Positions 15,301 through 28,400 of a stretch of 64,000 nt of DNA are shown here, in pieces. The notes beneath the pieces were generated by a model. That model was not told the DNA's origin. It saw only the letters and a program-made list of their open reading frames with translations, and did no database searches. The translations under genes and the position numbers were made by a program. The stretch is from Eledone cirrhosa (lineage: Eukaryota). Position 1 is the stretch's first letter; every line of letters begins with the position of its first letter. The stretch is from NCBI GenBank assembly GCA_964016885.1, contig OZ024765.1, positions 13,578,001 to 13,642,000 of the forward strand, written 5' to 3'.

Positions 15301-18300
15301 GATATGAAGTACACCAAATCCAATGCTCCTAGGGGTGGCCCTGGTTCTTCTTATTTGTGAGTGTAAACTCGGCCAGATTAGATTACTCCCACTGTTGACC
15401 ACAAAAGTTATTTAGTGTTAATAATACATACCTGGTGTAGTAACGGGTGGAGTACTTGTAGAGATAACTGTAAAAGAGAGACAGGTTAGTTATATTATTA
15501 ATTATTTCAGTTATAGTTAAGTAAAAAACAGGCAGTTTACTTGTATTGTAAACAGTATTCGCTGTTCTTCAGCGTAAAACAGGCAGTTTAGTATATTATA
15601 AGTTTTTTGGTGATTAAGAGAACATTATGGCAGTTTATTTTTCATAAACAGTTTTTTGTGTAATTAAGTGTAAAATGAGCACTTTATTTGTATTGTAAAC
15701 TGTTTTTATTGTAGTTAAGTAAGAAAAAAAGAAGCAGTTTATTTATGTTGTAAAGTGCTTTTCTTGAAGTTAAGTAAAAAAAACAAGCAACTTATTTGTA
15801 TTTTATACTGTTTTTGTGGTCTAAAGTCTGCCTCAATCTCAGAGGCTGATCAGGTTTGTGCTTCTATGAGTTTGTGTGGTGTTAAGCAACTGAGAGTACA
15901 AGATTCCCCCATGGACAGAATGCCAGTCCATTGCAGGGTTAAAACTCCTAGCTATTGCTGGTACTCATTTTCAGCTGAATATACTGGAGTGATATGAAAT
16001 GGAGTGACTGAGGCGTAGATAGCCAGTGATGTAAGCCTATTCCAGTCACAGGAAGGACCCATAGAAGGGGTTGATAGCTTCTGCTATCTATGAAATGTAA
16101 TTAGCAGTAGAGCCAAGAGTTTAATAGCTAGAATAAGGTTAGGTTGGAATAATTTGAGAGAGTTACTTTGTGAAGGCACATTGCTTAGTGGTTAGAGTAT
16201 TGGGCTTGCAATCAAAAGGTTGTGAGTTTATATCTTGGACTGGGTGATGTGTTGTGTCCTTGAGCAAGACACTTTATTTCACGTTGCTCCAGTTTACTCA
16301 GCTGTAGAAATGAGTTGCGATCCTGCCAAATAAATGTGCGGCAGTAGTTCCAGCTGCACACATAGAAAAACTGGTGTAGTGATTCTGAGAACAATGTGGC
16401 TTTTCAGATGATTTATGTAAATTGACAATGGAAAGGAGCTTCTGCTCGAGTTAGTAGAGAACTATTGACCTTCAGGAGAAGCAGCGACCCCTGATTGTAT
16501 TCTGCAACTGAAACAGATATGAAGTACACCAAATCCAATGCTCTTAGGGGTGGCCCTGGTTCTTCTTATTTGTGAGTGTAAACTTGGCCAGATTAGATTA
16601 CTCCCACTGTTGACCACAAAAGTTATTTAGTGTTAATAATACATACCTGGTGTAGTAACGGGTGGAGTACTTGTAGAGATAACTGTAAAAGAGAGACAGG
16701 TTAGTTATATTATTAATTATTCCAGTTATATTTATGTAAAAAACAGGTAGTTTACTTGTATTGTAAACAGTATTTGCTGTTCTTCAGCGTAAAACAGGCA
16801 GCTTAGTATATTATAAGCAGTTTTGTAGGTGATTAAGAGAACATTATGGTAGTTTTTTGTGTAATTAAGTGTAAAATGAGCACTTTATTTGTATTGTAAA
16901 CTGTTTTTATTGTAGTTAAGTAAGAAAAAAAGAAGCAGTTTATTTATGTTGTAAAGTGTTTTTCTTGAAGTTAAGTAAAAAAACAAGCAACTTATTTGTA
17001 TTTTATACTGTTTTTGTGGTCTAAAGTCTGCCTCAATCTCAGAGGCTGATCAGGTTTGTGCTTTTATGAGTTTAATAGCTAGAATAAGGATAGGTTGGAA
17101 TAATTTGAGAGAGTTACTTTGTGAAGGCACATTGCTTAGTGGTTAGAGTATTGAGCTTGCAATCAAAAGGTTGTGAGTTTATATCTTGGACTGGGTGATG
17201 TGTTGTGTCCTTGAGCAAGACACTTTATTTCACGTTGCTCCAGTTTACTCAGCTGTAGAAATGAGTTGCGATCCTGCTAAATAAATGAGTACAAGACTTC
17301 TCCATGGTCAGAATGCCAGTCCATTGCAGAGTTAAAATCTCTCAAGCCCAGAAACACATTAGGCCAGTGTTTATTCAAGTTTCCTTGGCACTTTATATTC
17401 TTATTATGACATAACATAGTAAAGTTATTTAGTGTTAATAGTACATACCTGATGTAGTAATGGGTGGAGTAATTGTAGAGATAACTGTAAAGAGAGACAA
17501 GCTAGAGTTAAGTAAAAAAAATAGGCAGTTTTTGTATTGTAAATTGATTTTGTTGCCGTTAAGTTAAAAAACAAGCAGTTTATTCATGTTGTAAAGTGCT
17601 TTTCTCACAGCTAAGTAAAAAACAAGCAGTTCATTTATCCTGTAAACTGTTTTTCTTGCAGCTAAGTAAAAAAACAAGCAGTTTATTTGTATTTTATACT
17701 GGTTTTGTGGTCTAAAATCTGTCTCAACCTCAGAGGTGCATCAGGTTTGTGCTTCTATGAGTTTGTGTGTAAGCAACTGAGAGTACAAAACCCCTCCATG
17801 GACAGAATGCCAGTCCATTAAAGGGTTAAAATCTCTCAAGCCCCGAAACACATTAGGCCAGTATTTATTCACGTTTCCTTGGCATTTTATATTCTTATTA
17901 TGACATAACACAGTAAAGTTATTTAGTGTTAATAGTACATACCTGATGTAGTAATGGGTGGAGTAATTGTAGAGATAACTGTAAAGAGAGACAAGCTAGA
18001 GTTAAGTAAAAAAAATAGGCAGTTTTTGTATTGTAAATTGATTTTGTTGCTGTTAAGTTAAAAAACAAGCAGTTTATTCATGTTGTAAAGTGCTTTTCTC
18101 ACAGCTAAGTAAAAAACAAGCAGTTCATTTATCCTGTAAACTGTTTTTCTTGCAGCTAAGTAAAAAAACAAGCAGTTTATTTGTATTTTATACTGGTTTT
18201 GTGGTCTAAAATCTGTCTCAACCTCAGAGGCGCATCAGGTTTGTGCTTCTATGAGTTTGTGTGTAAGCAACTGAGAGTACAAAACCCCTCCATGGACAGA

Positions 18301-19449
18301 ATGCCAGTCCATTAAAGGGTTAAAATCTCTCAAGCCCCGAAACACATTAGGCCAGTATTCATTCACGTTTCCTTGGCACTTTATATTCTTATTATGACAT
18401 AACACAGTAAAGTTATTTAGTGTTAATAGTACATACCTGATGTAGTAATGGGTGGAGTAATTGTAGAGATACCTGTAAAGAGAGACAAGCTGAGTTAAGT
18501 AAAAAAAATAGGCAGTTTTTTGTATTGTAAATTGATTTTGTTGCAGTTAAATAAAAAAACAAGCAGTATACTTATGTTGTAAAGTGTTTTTCTCGCAGCT
18601 AAGTAAAAAAACAAACAGTTTACTTATCTTGTAAACTGTTTTTCTTGCAGTTAAGTAAAAAACAACCAGCTTATTTGTATTTTAAACTATTTTTGTGGTC
18701 TAAAGTCTGTCACAATCTAAGAGGCTGATCACGTTTGTGCTTCTATGAGTTTGTGTGGTGTTAAGCAACTGAGAGTACAAGACTTCTCCATGGACAGAAT
18801 GTGAGTCCATTGCAGGGTTAAAATCTCTCAAGCCCAGAAACACATTAGGCCAGTGATTATTTAAGTTTCCTTGCAACTTTATATTCTTATTATGACATAA
18901 CACTGTAAAGTTATTTAGTGTTAATAGTTCATACCTGATGTAGTGATGGGTGGAGTAATTGTAGAGATAACTGTAAAGAGAGACAAGTTAGAGTTAAGTA
19001 AAAAAAAATGCAGGTTTTTGTATTGTAAACTGTTTTTGTTACAATTAAGTAAAAAAAACAGCAGTTTATTTATTTTGTAAACTGTTTTTCTTGCAGTTTT
19101 TGTGGTGTTAAGCAACTGAGAGTACAAGACTTCTCCATGGTCAGAATGCCAGTCCATTGCTGAGTTAAAATCTCTGAAGCCCAGAAACACATTAGGCCAG
19201 TGTTTATTCAAGTTTCCTTGGCACTTTATATTCTTATTATGGCATAACACAGTAAAGTTATTTAGTGTTAATAGTACATACCTGATGTAGTAATGGGTGG
19301 ACTAATTGTAGAGATAACTGTAAAGAGAGACAAGCTAGAGTTAAGTAAAGAAATGGGCAGTGTTTTTGTATTATAAACAGTTTTGCTGGTGGTTAAGTAA
19401 AAAATAAGCATACTTTCTCGTGTAACAGGTAGAGTAATTGTAGAAGTAA
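325..19449 (-). CDS. PTS micro-exon set 2: 30 exons of exactly 36 nt (12 aa each)
   Basis: Low coordinates (each exon = x..x+35): 325, 899, 1937, 2561, 2984, 3608, 4646, 5270, 5693, 6317, 7355, 7979, 8402, 9026, 10064, 10638, 11676, 12300, 12723, 13347, 14385, 15009, 15432, 16647, 17449, 17943, 18437, 18935, 19282, 19414. All are tttacag|...|gtatg or gtaagt, phase 1-1. Peptides include [11 protein letters not shown](P/S), [36 protein letters not shown] and [12 protein letters not shown]. Confidence 0.88.
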
Positions 19450-22400
19450 CTGTAAAAGAGACAGGCTAGTTATATTATTAACTATTTCAATTATAGTTAA
19501 GTAAACAATAGGCAGTTTTTTGTATTTTAAACTGTTTTTGTCACAGTTAAGTGTAAAACAAGCTGTTTAATTGTATTGTAAGCAGTTTTTGTTGCAGTTA
19601 AATGTAAAACAGGCAGTTTATTTATATCTGAAACTATTTTTGTTGTATGTTAGTGTAAAATAGGCAGTTTATTTGTATTGTAAGCAGTTTTTGTTGTAGT
19701 TAAGTGTTAAATGTCCATAACTGATAAAGATATAGATGGACTAACTGTACTGGCAACTCTAAAAGACAAATATTTTATTTATATTATAAATACACCCAGT
19801 ACACTCTGTAATGTGGTTGGTGATAGGAACAACATGACATTTCCCTTGGACAACATCATATATAGTGTATATATAGTGTCTATATAATGTATATATAGTC
19901 TATATATGAATTGAAATGTCTCTGGTGCCAAGCTATGTCAGCCATTGTCTTTCCCTTGGACAACATCAGTGGCGTGGAGAGGGTAAACTGGTATACATGG
20001 GCGACTGCTGCTTTTTCACAAACAGCCTTGCCCAGACTTGAGTCTCGGAAAAAAACTTTGTAAGGGCAAATTCCATGGTCACACATGATTGAAGGGGTTC
20101 TTTACCCTAAGTATTACACATACTTCTATTTTTAAATAACTAGAATTTTTTTCAACATGCTGACGTGTATGTGTATATGTGTGGGTGTGTGTGTATATAT
20201 GTGTGTATGTACATATACATACATTTATATGTATGAGTATATAAATACAAATGCTCAAACACAGACACACCCTACATCCACAGAAACACATTCACACAAA
20301 CACATACATCCACAGAAACACATACATACATTCACACAAACATGCACATACACACACACATACATTTACACACACACAATGAGGTAGTATCAAAAAGTCT
20401 TCAATCTAGTTCTGTAACAAGCCAAGAAAGAAAGGAGCTGATCATCAGATCAGACCAAGGAAACAATGTTTCCATTGGTCTTTCTATTACTGATACTATT
20501 TGTCAGTCACAACTCCTGGCAGAAAGAGCAACGTGAAATAAAGTGTCTTGCTCAAGGACATGACACATTGCCTGTTAAAGTGAATTTGCGTACTTCAAGT
20601 TTGCATAAAAAGCGAACCGACTGTACTTCTATTCTTATAAATGATTTAATTAACATCAAGAAGACAAGAAAATGACTCGTTAAACTATTCATACCTGTTG
20701 AAGTAGGTGTAGTAACGGACGGTGTTATAACTGGAAAATAGAGGAGTTTATTATAATTATTAGAAACTGTCTTAAACTATTAATTATTAAAAATAACTTC
20801 AATGTTTCTTATTCTTTGCCTTCTTCTTTCCTGAGACAATCTAACCAGATGTCCATAGTATCAGAGCTGTGATCTCTCAATTCCGAGAAGTAGTGGCTCT
20901 ACCTGGAGTGACTCTCTAATCTCCGAGCTACACACTCTATTGAGTAACGTTACAGTGCATAGCTTTGAGATCAAAGAGTCACTCCAGGTAGAGCCACTAC
21001 TTCTCCAAATTGAGAGATCACAGCTCCAATACTATGAACATGTGTTTAGAATGTCTCAGGAAAGAATTGCTGGAGATATTTGTAGCTCGGAGATCAGAGA
21101 GTCATTCCAGGTAGAGCTGCTACTTCTCCAAATTGAGAGATTTCAGCTCCGATACTATGGACATGTGATTAGAATGTCTCAGGAAAGAATCCCTGGAGAT
21201 ATTTGTAGCTCGAAGATCGGAGTAACTCCAAGTAGAGCTGCTGCTTCACTGAATTGAGAGATCACAGCTCCGATACTATGGACATGTGGTTAGAATGTCT
21301 CAGGAAAGAATCGCTGGACAGATTTGTAGCTCAGAGATCAGAGAGTTACATTGGTAGAGCCACTACTTCTCTGAATTGGAGGATAACAGCTCTGATACTA
21401 TAGGCATGTGATTAGAATGGGTCTCCTGTCAGTTGTTTTGCCTGTAAAATCTGTCCAGCGATTCTTCATATATACATGTTTTACTTAAATGTGGTTAACC
21501 AAGAAGTAATAATTAGATGATGATAATTAGGCATCATTTTGTTGTAAATGGGGTTGTCAATGAACTCACTAATATTTTACGAATAACAGAAAATTACAGG
21601 AACCATATAATATTTTAATTAATAAGTTAAAATTTATAATATTTCAATTAATAAGTTAAAATTCATAATATTTCAAATAATAAGTTAAAATGCATAATGT
21701 TTTGATTAATAAGTTAAATATAATATTTTGAATAATAAGTTAAAATCTATAATACTTTGATTAATAAGTTAAATATATATTTTAATTAATAAGTTAAAAG
21801 ATATAATACTTTGATTAATATTAATTAAAATATATAATATTTTAATTAATAAATTAAAAGGTATAATATTTTAAATATCATCTACATCTGGGTGGGTAAA
21901 ATTCCCGAGATCCATGGACGAGTTCTCTCCAGCGTTCTCTGTCCCTCATCATCGCTGCCATGTCCTGCGTCTCCAAGAGACCAGTGTCTGTCCTTAGGGC
22001 ATCAAAATATGTTAACCTTGGTCTTCCTCTTCCAGTGTGTCCATGTAGAGGCTCCCACAGGAATACTGAGTGCAATGTCAACTTTGGATGTCGGTGAGCA
22101 TGTCCAGCTAACCTCAGTCTCCTCTGTGTCACTTTGGAGCTGTATATATATATATATACATACATATCCTGTCTCCCTCTTCAAGTGTGTCAGTGCAGGG
22201 GCTCCCACGGGAGCACTGAGTGCAGTGTCAACTCTGGATGTCAGTGAGCTTGTCCAGCTAACCTCAGTCTCCTCTGTGTTACTTTCGAGTTGACTTTTGG
22301 GAGGCTGCCGTACAGCTCTGAGTTCTTCATCCTCAGTGTATACTGATTAATGTTCAGAGCCATCCTCAGCTGAGACTGAGAATATTTTGAATAATAGGTT

Positions 22401-25400
22401 AAATTACTCTTTTACTTGTTCCAGCCATCTGGCTGGGGCCATGTTGGGGCACTATAATATTTTAATTAATAAATTAAAATTGATTATATTTCGAAAAATA
22501 AGTTCAAAGAAAACAAAAATTAAGAACAATAAAATGTTAATGAAAAACAAAATAAGAAATTAATTAGAAAATGTTAATTATAAAATATAAACATACCTCT
22601 TGGTGTGGTAATTGGGAAAAGGTCTGCAAGAAGAAAATATTAGAACAAAATACAATATGACATCATTTTACAACAAAGTGAATAATTCTTTAATTATTCA
22701 TCTTTAATTAAAGATAGGATTGCCTCCCTTTTTTTTTTTATTAAAACACCTGAGAAACCTCCTATGAGAAATAACTTTGAAGGAGGCCAGCTAAACCTAC
22801 ATAGGTGTGAGCTGTAACAACATGATAGAACTGGGTCCTTGTCATTAAAACACCTGAGAAATCTCCTATGAGATATAACTTTGAAGGAGGCCAGCTAAAC
22901 CTACATAGGTGTGAACTGTAACAACAACAACTACATGATAGAACTGGGGCCCTATCATTAAAACACCTGAGAAACCTCCTATGAGATACAACCCTGTAGG
23001 AGGCCAGATAAAGCTACAAAGGTGTGAGCTGTCACAAGATAGGATGGGAGGCTTCTATCATTAAAACACACAAGAAATCACCTATGCAATGCAGCCTAAT
23101 AGGAAGCTAGCTAAAACTGTATGGGTGTGAGTTGTAACAACAGCAATATATATTAGGAATCAACAATGATTTTTAAATTGATCATTAATAAATTTTTAAT
23201 ATTTAAATAATCTTTTTTTTTTAATATTTAAAATTTCGGTAAAATTTTACTGAAAAATTTTATTAAAATGGAAAATCCTCTTAAAAAGGGTCATTTATTA
23301 TTTTTTTCAATATTTAAAATGATTTTTTAATTTGTTATTATTTTTTAATACTTAAAAATCTTGTTAAAAGTTTACACTCAGAATTATCAATTAACAATAA
23401 TTTTTAATGAGGTCATTATATATATTTTGATAATTTAAATTTTGGTAAAATTTTACACATATATATATATGATGCCTGTGTGAGGTGCACGATGCTGAAT
23501 GGTAGTGAGACATGGGCAGCAACTGTAGAGGATATGCAACGGCTGGGGAGAAATGAAGCAAGCATGCTCCGTTGGATGTGCAATGTCAATGTGCGTGAAC
23601 GGCCAAGCATGGATGTGTTGAGAGAGAAACTGTGTCTGAGAGGGATAAATTGTTGTGTGCAGGAGAGAAGACTGAGATGGTATGGACATGTGATGTGTTT
23701 GGAGGATGACCGATGGGTGAAGAAGTGCCAAGAAATCCCTGTTAAAGGAAGACGTAGTAGAGGAAGACACGAAAAACATGGGCAGAGGTAGTGAGAGCAG
23801 ACCTCAGATTGCTGAAACTCACGGAGGAGATGGCGAAGGACCGTGACAAGTGGAGAGATGATGTGCTGAATAGGACCCGTCCCACCCTTGCAAGTAAGGA
23901 AAAGCAGGTGTAAAATGATGATGATGATGATATTATTAAACCCAACGTATATTTTAAAAGGGTTATTATTTATATTTTAATATCTAAAAACTTTGATAAA
24001 ATTTTACTTAAATATTTTATTAAAATCAACAAAGATTTTATTTTAAATCAAGGACATTTATTTATATTTAAATATGTAAAATTTTGGCAAAATTTTATTA
24101 AAAATTAACAATTATTTTTAAAAGCAGTCATTTACTAAATTCTAAAATTTAGTATGTATATATATATTATGTATATAAATGTTTAAATTTACTTTTGGAC
24201 ATATCAATTTTTACAGTACAAAAATTTTTTATACCTGTGTTTGGGAATTCTATATCAACAGGAATAACTAAAAAATAATTAATAGACAAATTATACATTA
24301 TTTTCTTTATCTCTGATTTTTACATATTAATTAATTAATTAGCTACAGGTTAATTAGATTCTTTTATTTATTCATTTATTCATTTTATGAAAATATTTTA
24401 AACATTGTTTAAATTTATATACAATTGCAATGAATTGCAGTTATCATTATTTTGATAAAATTAACCTCTGTGCCGTAGACGAGATAACTCGTCCTAATAT
24501 GTTTGAACTCGTTTCCAACAGTTCATAACTTGAAAGTTATGAACTCGTTTTGGTGGCAAACCTCTCGTCTGGGATGTCACTTGCAGCGCTTGGTTCATAC
24601 TTGTGCCCTTGGCAGTGGAGACTTCTGGTGTCTTTGGCCCTAGGACTACCTCCCTATTCACCACCATAGGGGCTGAGCTAACCAGCCGCAGGTGTGAGCC
24701 TCGCGAGTTGGAATGGCTCTTCCAGCGCATCTCCCTTACCACCCTCTGGGGAAACGCCTTCTCCATCCTGTCCACCGGGACTGTGGGGAGGCCAGCACGT
24801 GGAACCCCATTTGCTCACCATACAGATTAATAGGCAAAGTTATAAACTAACTGTATATATATAAAATTAAGTATGTGCGTGTGTCTGTGTGTCTGTGTAT
24901 TACCTATAGGGGCCTACATCTTACGACCGATTTTCATGAAACTTTACAGGCTCATAGATTAGTCATCGAGGAGTGTTTTCTATATATCAGCGTATCGTTT
25001 TTTTTTTATTCCGGGGTCATTCTGCAGATAAAAATCGATAGGGGTGTTACCTTTTTTTAGGTATCGAAAAATAAGATTTTTGGCTCTAGCTCCCACATTT
25101 TGCACCGATTTTGTTCAAATTTTGTTCAAATTTTAAAGCAAAATAGAATTAATCATTGCACATCCTGCAATGGCTTCATATTTTGCATTTGTTGTTCAGG
25201 GACGGCGTGGCAGCCACTTAAATATTCAAAAATACCATTTTTAGACTCAAATTTCCAGTTTTTCGGCTCTAACTCTCACATTAATCAACCTACTTTGTTC
25301 AAATTTTACACTACGCTAGATCTGATTATTTCACGTCTTAAAGTGGCTTTACATTTTGGATTTTTTTTCAGGAACGGCGTGGCAGCCGCTTAAATATTTG

Positions 25401-28400
25401 ACAATACCACCTTTTCACTCAAATTTCCGCCTTTTCGTCTCTAACTCCCACATTTTTCAACCGATTTTGTTCAAATTCGAAACTTTGGCTCCACCTCACA
25501 CATAAATCAATTTATTTGGTTCAACTTTTATACTACGATAGAACCTATCATTGCACATCTTATAGTAGCTTTACACTTTGCATTTTTTGTTCAGGGACAG
25601 TGACCTATCATTAGCTTTTCTCAGTGATAAAGGTCATCACCCCCCCCCCCCCTGCATGGCCTGTGTGTGGCCATAGATGAGTCATCGAGAAGCAGTCGCT
25701 AAGATCAACACCTTTTCATCAAAGCAGATATTATTTTACCTACCCAGGCAATGCTGGGTACTGCTGCTAGTTGTAAATAAACCAATTTTTCTTCACTAAC
25801 AAAAAACAACAAAAAAACACTTCAAAGTTAAGAACTCGTTTCATAACTTTGAAATTATGAACAGTTGGAAACGAGTTAAACATATTTTGAGTAAAAGGGT
25901 TAAAAATATTTTGAATAATTGAAATAATTTATTAGTATTATCAATCAATTAGTATTATCAATAATTGAAATAGGTTATTAGTATTATCAATCAATAAACA
26001 TATTTTAAACAATATCTAATTTTATGTAGAATTAAAAGCAATTTTTGAAAGCATTATTTTGGTAAAATTAAATTTAAATAATTCAATTGATTTAAATATA
26101 TTTTAAAGAATTAAAGAAATGAAATATTTCATAAATTATCAGTTTTATCATTCCAATGAAAATATTTTAAATAATATTTAATTTTATATGATTACAAGCA
26201 AAGTTTAAAAGCATTATTTTGGTAAAATTAAACAGAAAGAGGTGAGAATTCTGACTGGATATGGCCGGTTTAAATGTTAAAGGGTTAATATACAAACTTT
26301 TTATTTCAAACTACCCCCAATCAGAAATATAGCAAGGACTATACATACGTATTAATATGTACTTACTGATCGGTGAACAAGCTGTTATGGAAAGAGTAAT
26401 TCTCATCTGCCTGGAGGAACTTGATGGTACAAATTTAATGACGAGGATAGCAGCCATTGTTTTACTTTGTATATAAGCAGGTGAACTTGCTGGATATATC
26501 TGCAAAGTCAGAACAAATGAATAATTGTTTCTACTTTTGTCACAAGGCCAGCAATTACCCCCCAGTGCATCACTGATACTTTATTTTATCGACCCCGTAA
26601 GGATCCCGTAAGGATGAAAGGCAAAGTTAACCTCGGCAGTATTTGAACTCAGACCATAAAGGGACGTAACTCTATGCTGCAAAGCATGGCGTCCAAACCG
26701 ATACTACCAATCCACCGCCAGAACAAATGAATAATGAACAAATGGATTGGCAGAATCGGCAGAGCGTCAGACAACATGCTTTGTGACATTGAGTTATGGG
26801 CCTTTATGTTCTGAGTTCAAGTCCTGCCGAGGTTAGCTTTGCCTTTCATCCTTAGGGGGTCGTTAAAATAAAGAACCAGTAATGCACTGGGGTCGATTTA
26901 ATCGACTTTCTCTTCTACCCAAAAAGCTGGACTTGAGCCTATAGTAGAAATCATTATTGAGTATATACAAGAACTATTCTATTGTTAATAAGTGGTTAGG
27001 TTACCATGATTTATTTAATTCATACCTCTATCATTTGATTTAGAACCACATGTATCTGTCTCTGTGGCCATAGTGGTAGGTGTGGCGACAGTAGAGGGGC
27101 TGGTCTGGGGTTCAATCTCAGTCAGGAATCTCTCGAGAAATTTAATTTTGGAGACACATGGCTTAGTGGTTAGAGCATTGGCCTTGCAATCGAAAGGTTG
27201 TGAGTTCAATTCTCAGACCAGGTGATGTGTTGTTTCCTTGAGCAAGACACTTTATTTCACATTGCTCCAGTTTACTCAGCTGTAGAAATGAGATGATAGG
27301 GACTGGGGTCCCTATCATTCCACTGCAAAGTGGTCATGGAGGTGCCACAGCAAAAAAGCACCCAGCCCACACTGTAAAGTGGACGTGTAGGCGCCGCAGA
27401 AAAAAAGCACCCAGCACTCACTGTAAATGAGGTTGGTATTAGGAAGGGCATCCAGCTGTAGAAATCAAGCCAGAATCAGTTCCCATCCCACCCTTGCAAG
27501 CAGGGAAAAGTGGACGTAAAATGAAATGAATGAAATGAATGTGGCAATCATTTTCCCTTACTATTAATCAAGAGATCCCTTCTATGCTTTAGGCAAAATG
27601 AGACCCCTACAAGTATCTGATAGATTAGTCTTTCAACTTCTATAAATTTATCTGATGTCTCGTTACTTAATAACATCTAGCTACAGTTCGAAAGGATGGA
27701 ATATGTTTGAATTAAATAGAAAGATTAGAAGATTGCTGGACTTATGCCAAATGTAGAAACAATTATTTTGGTAAAATTATATATATAAAAACTAAATTGA
27801 TTTAAACATATTTTAAATAAATGAATTAAACTGTCAAATTTTTAATAGATTCTCAGCATTATCAATCAATAAAAATATTTTAAACAATGCTTTGTGGTAT
27901 TGAGTTATGGCCCTTTACGTTCTGGGTTCAAATCCTACCGAGGTTAACTTTGCTTTCATCTTTACGGTGTCGATAAAATAAAGTACCAGGAATGCGCTGG
28001 GGTCGATTTAATTAACTTTCCCCTCTCCCCAAATTGAAGGAGGCAAAGAAGAAGAAGAAGAAGATATCTACATACCTTGGTTCCAATAATTTTATTATCA
28101 TAATCATTCATGGTCACATGATATTGATAAACATTCCTGTGTATAGGTAACTTCAATATAGCACCCCTTTTGAGAGTGAACCCTAATTTTACTGTTACAG
28201 TCGCTGGTTTATTCGGTACGGCATTAACAACCCAGCCCTTCTGGTTTGGACGAATGTCTGTTGGCTCTTCCCCAGTACTTAGAATAATATTCTGGTCGAG
28301 CATATTAACTGATGAGTTCATTACTTCGGTAACGTTACAGTTGAACACTGCAGTTATTATATAATGTAAAACAGTTATTATATAATTTAAAACGGTTATT

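Larger units (their letters stand above)
1..19720. repeat. Tandem intron+exon array with 2709-bp (4-exon), 1612-bp (2-exon) and 9739-bp higher-order periodicity; roughly 494-bp monomers at the right edge
   Basis: Identical landmarks recur at 1937/4646/7355/10064 and 11676/14385 (2709), 325/1937 and 10064/11676 (1612), 325/10064 and 676/10415 (9739 = 3x2709+1612), and 17449/17943/18437 (494). Confidence 0.95.
24465..25899. mobile_element. Fold-back MITE-like element bounded by TTAA (piggyBac-like), interrupted by nested insertions
   Basis: Inverted repeat 24496-24543 vs 25840-25886. TTAA at 24461-24464 and 25900-25903, with CC.../...GGG ends. Confidence 0.5.

Noticed and set aside
676-19250. 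Repeated short ORFs (MLCHNKNIK..., MFSESLHQ..., MLFLKLSKK...) as a tandem small-protein family
   Set aside because: They start mostly at non-ATG codons, lie in introns or SINE sequence, are disrupted in some copies and recur only because the DNA is tandemly duplicated.
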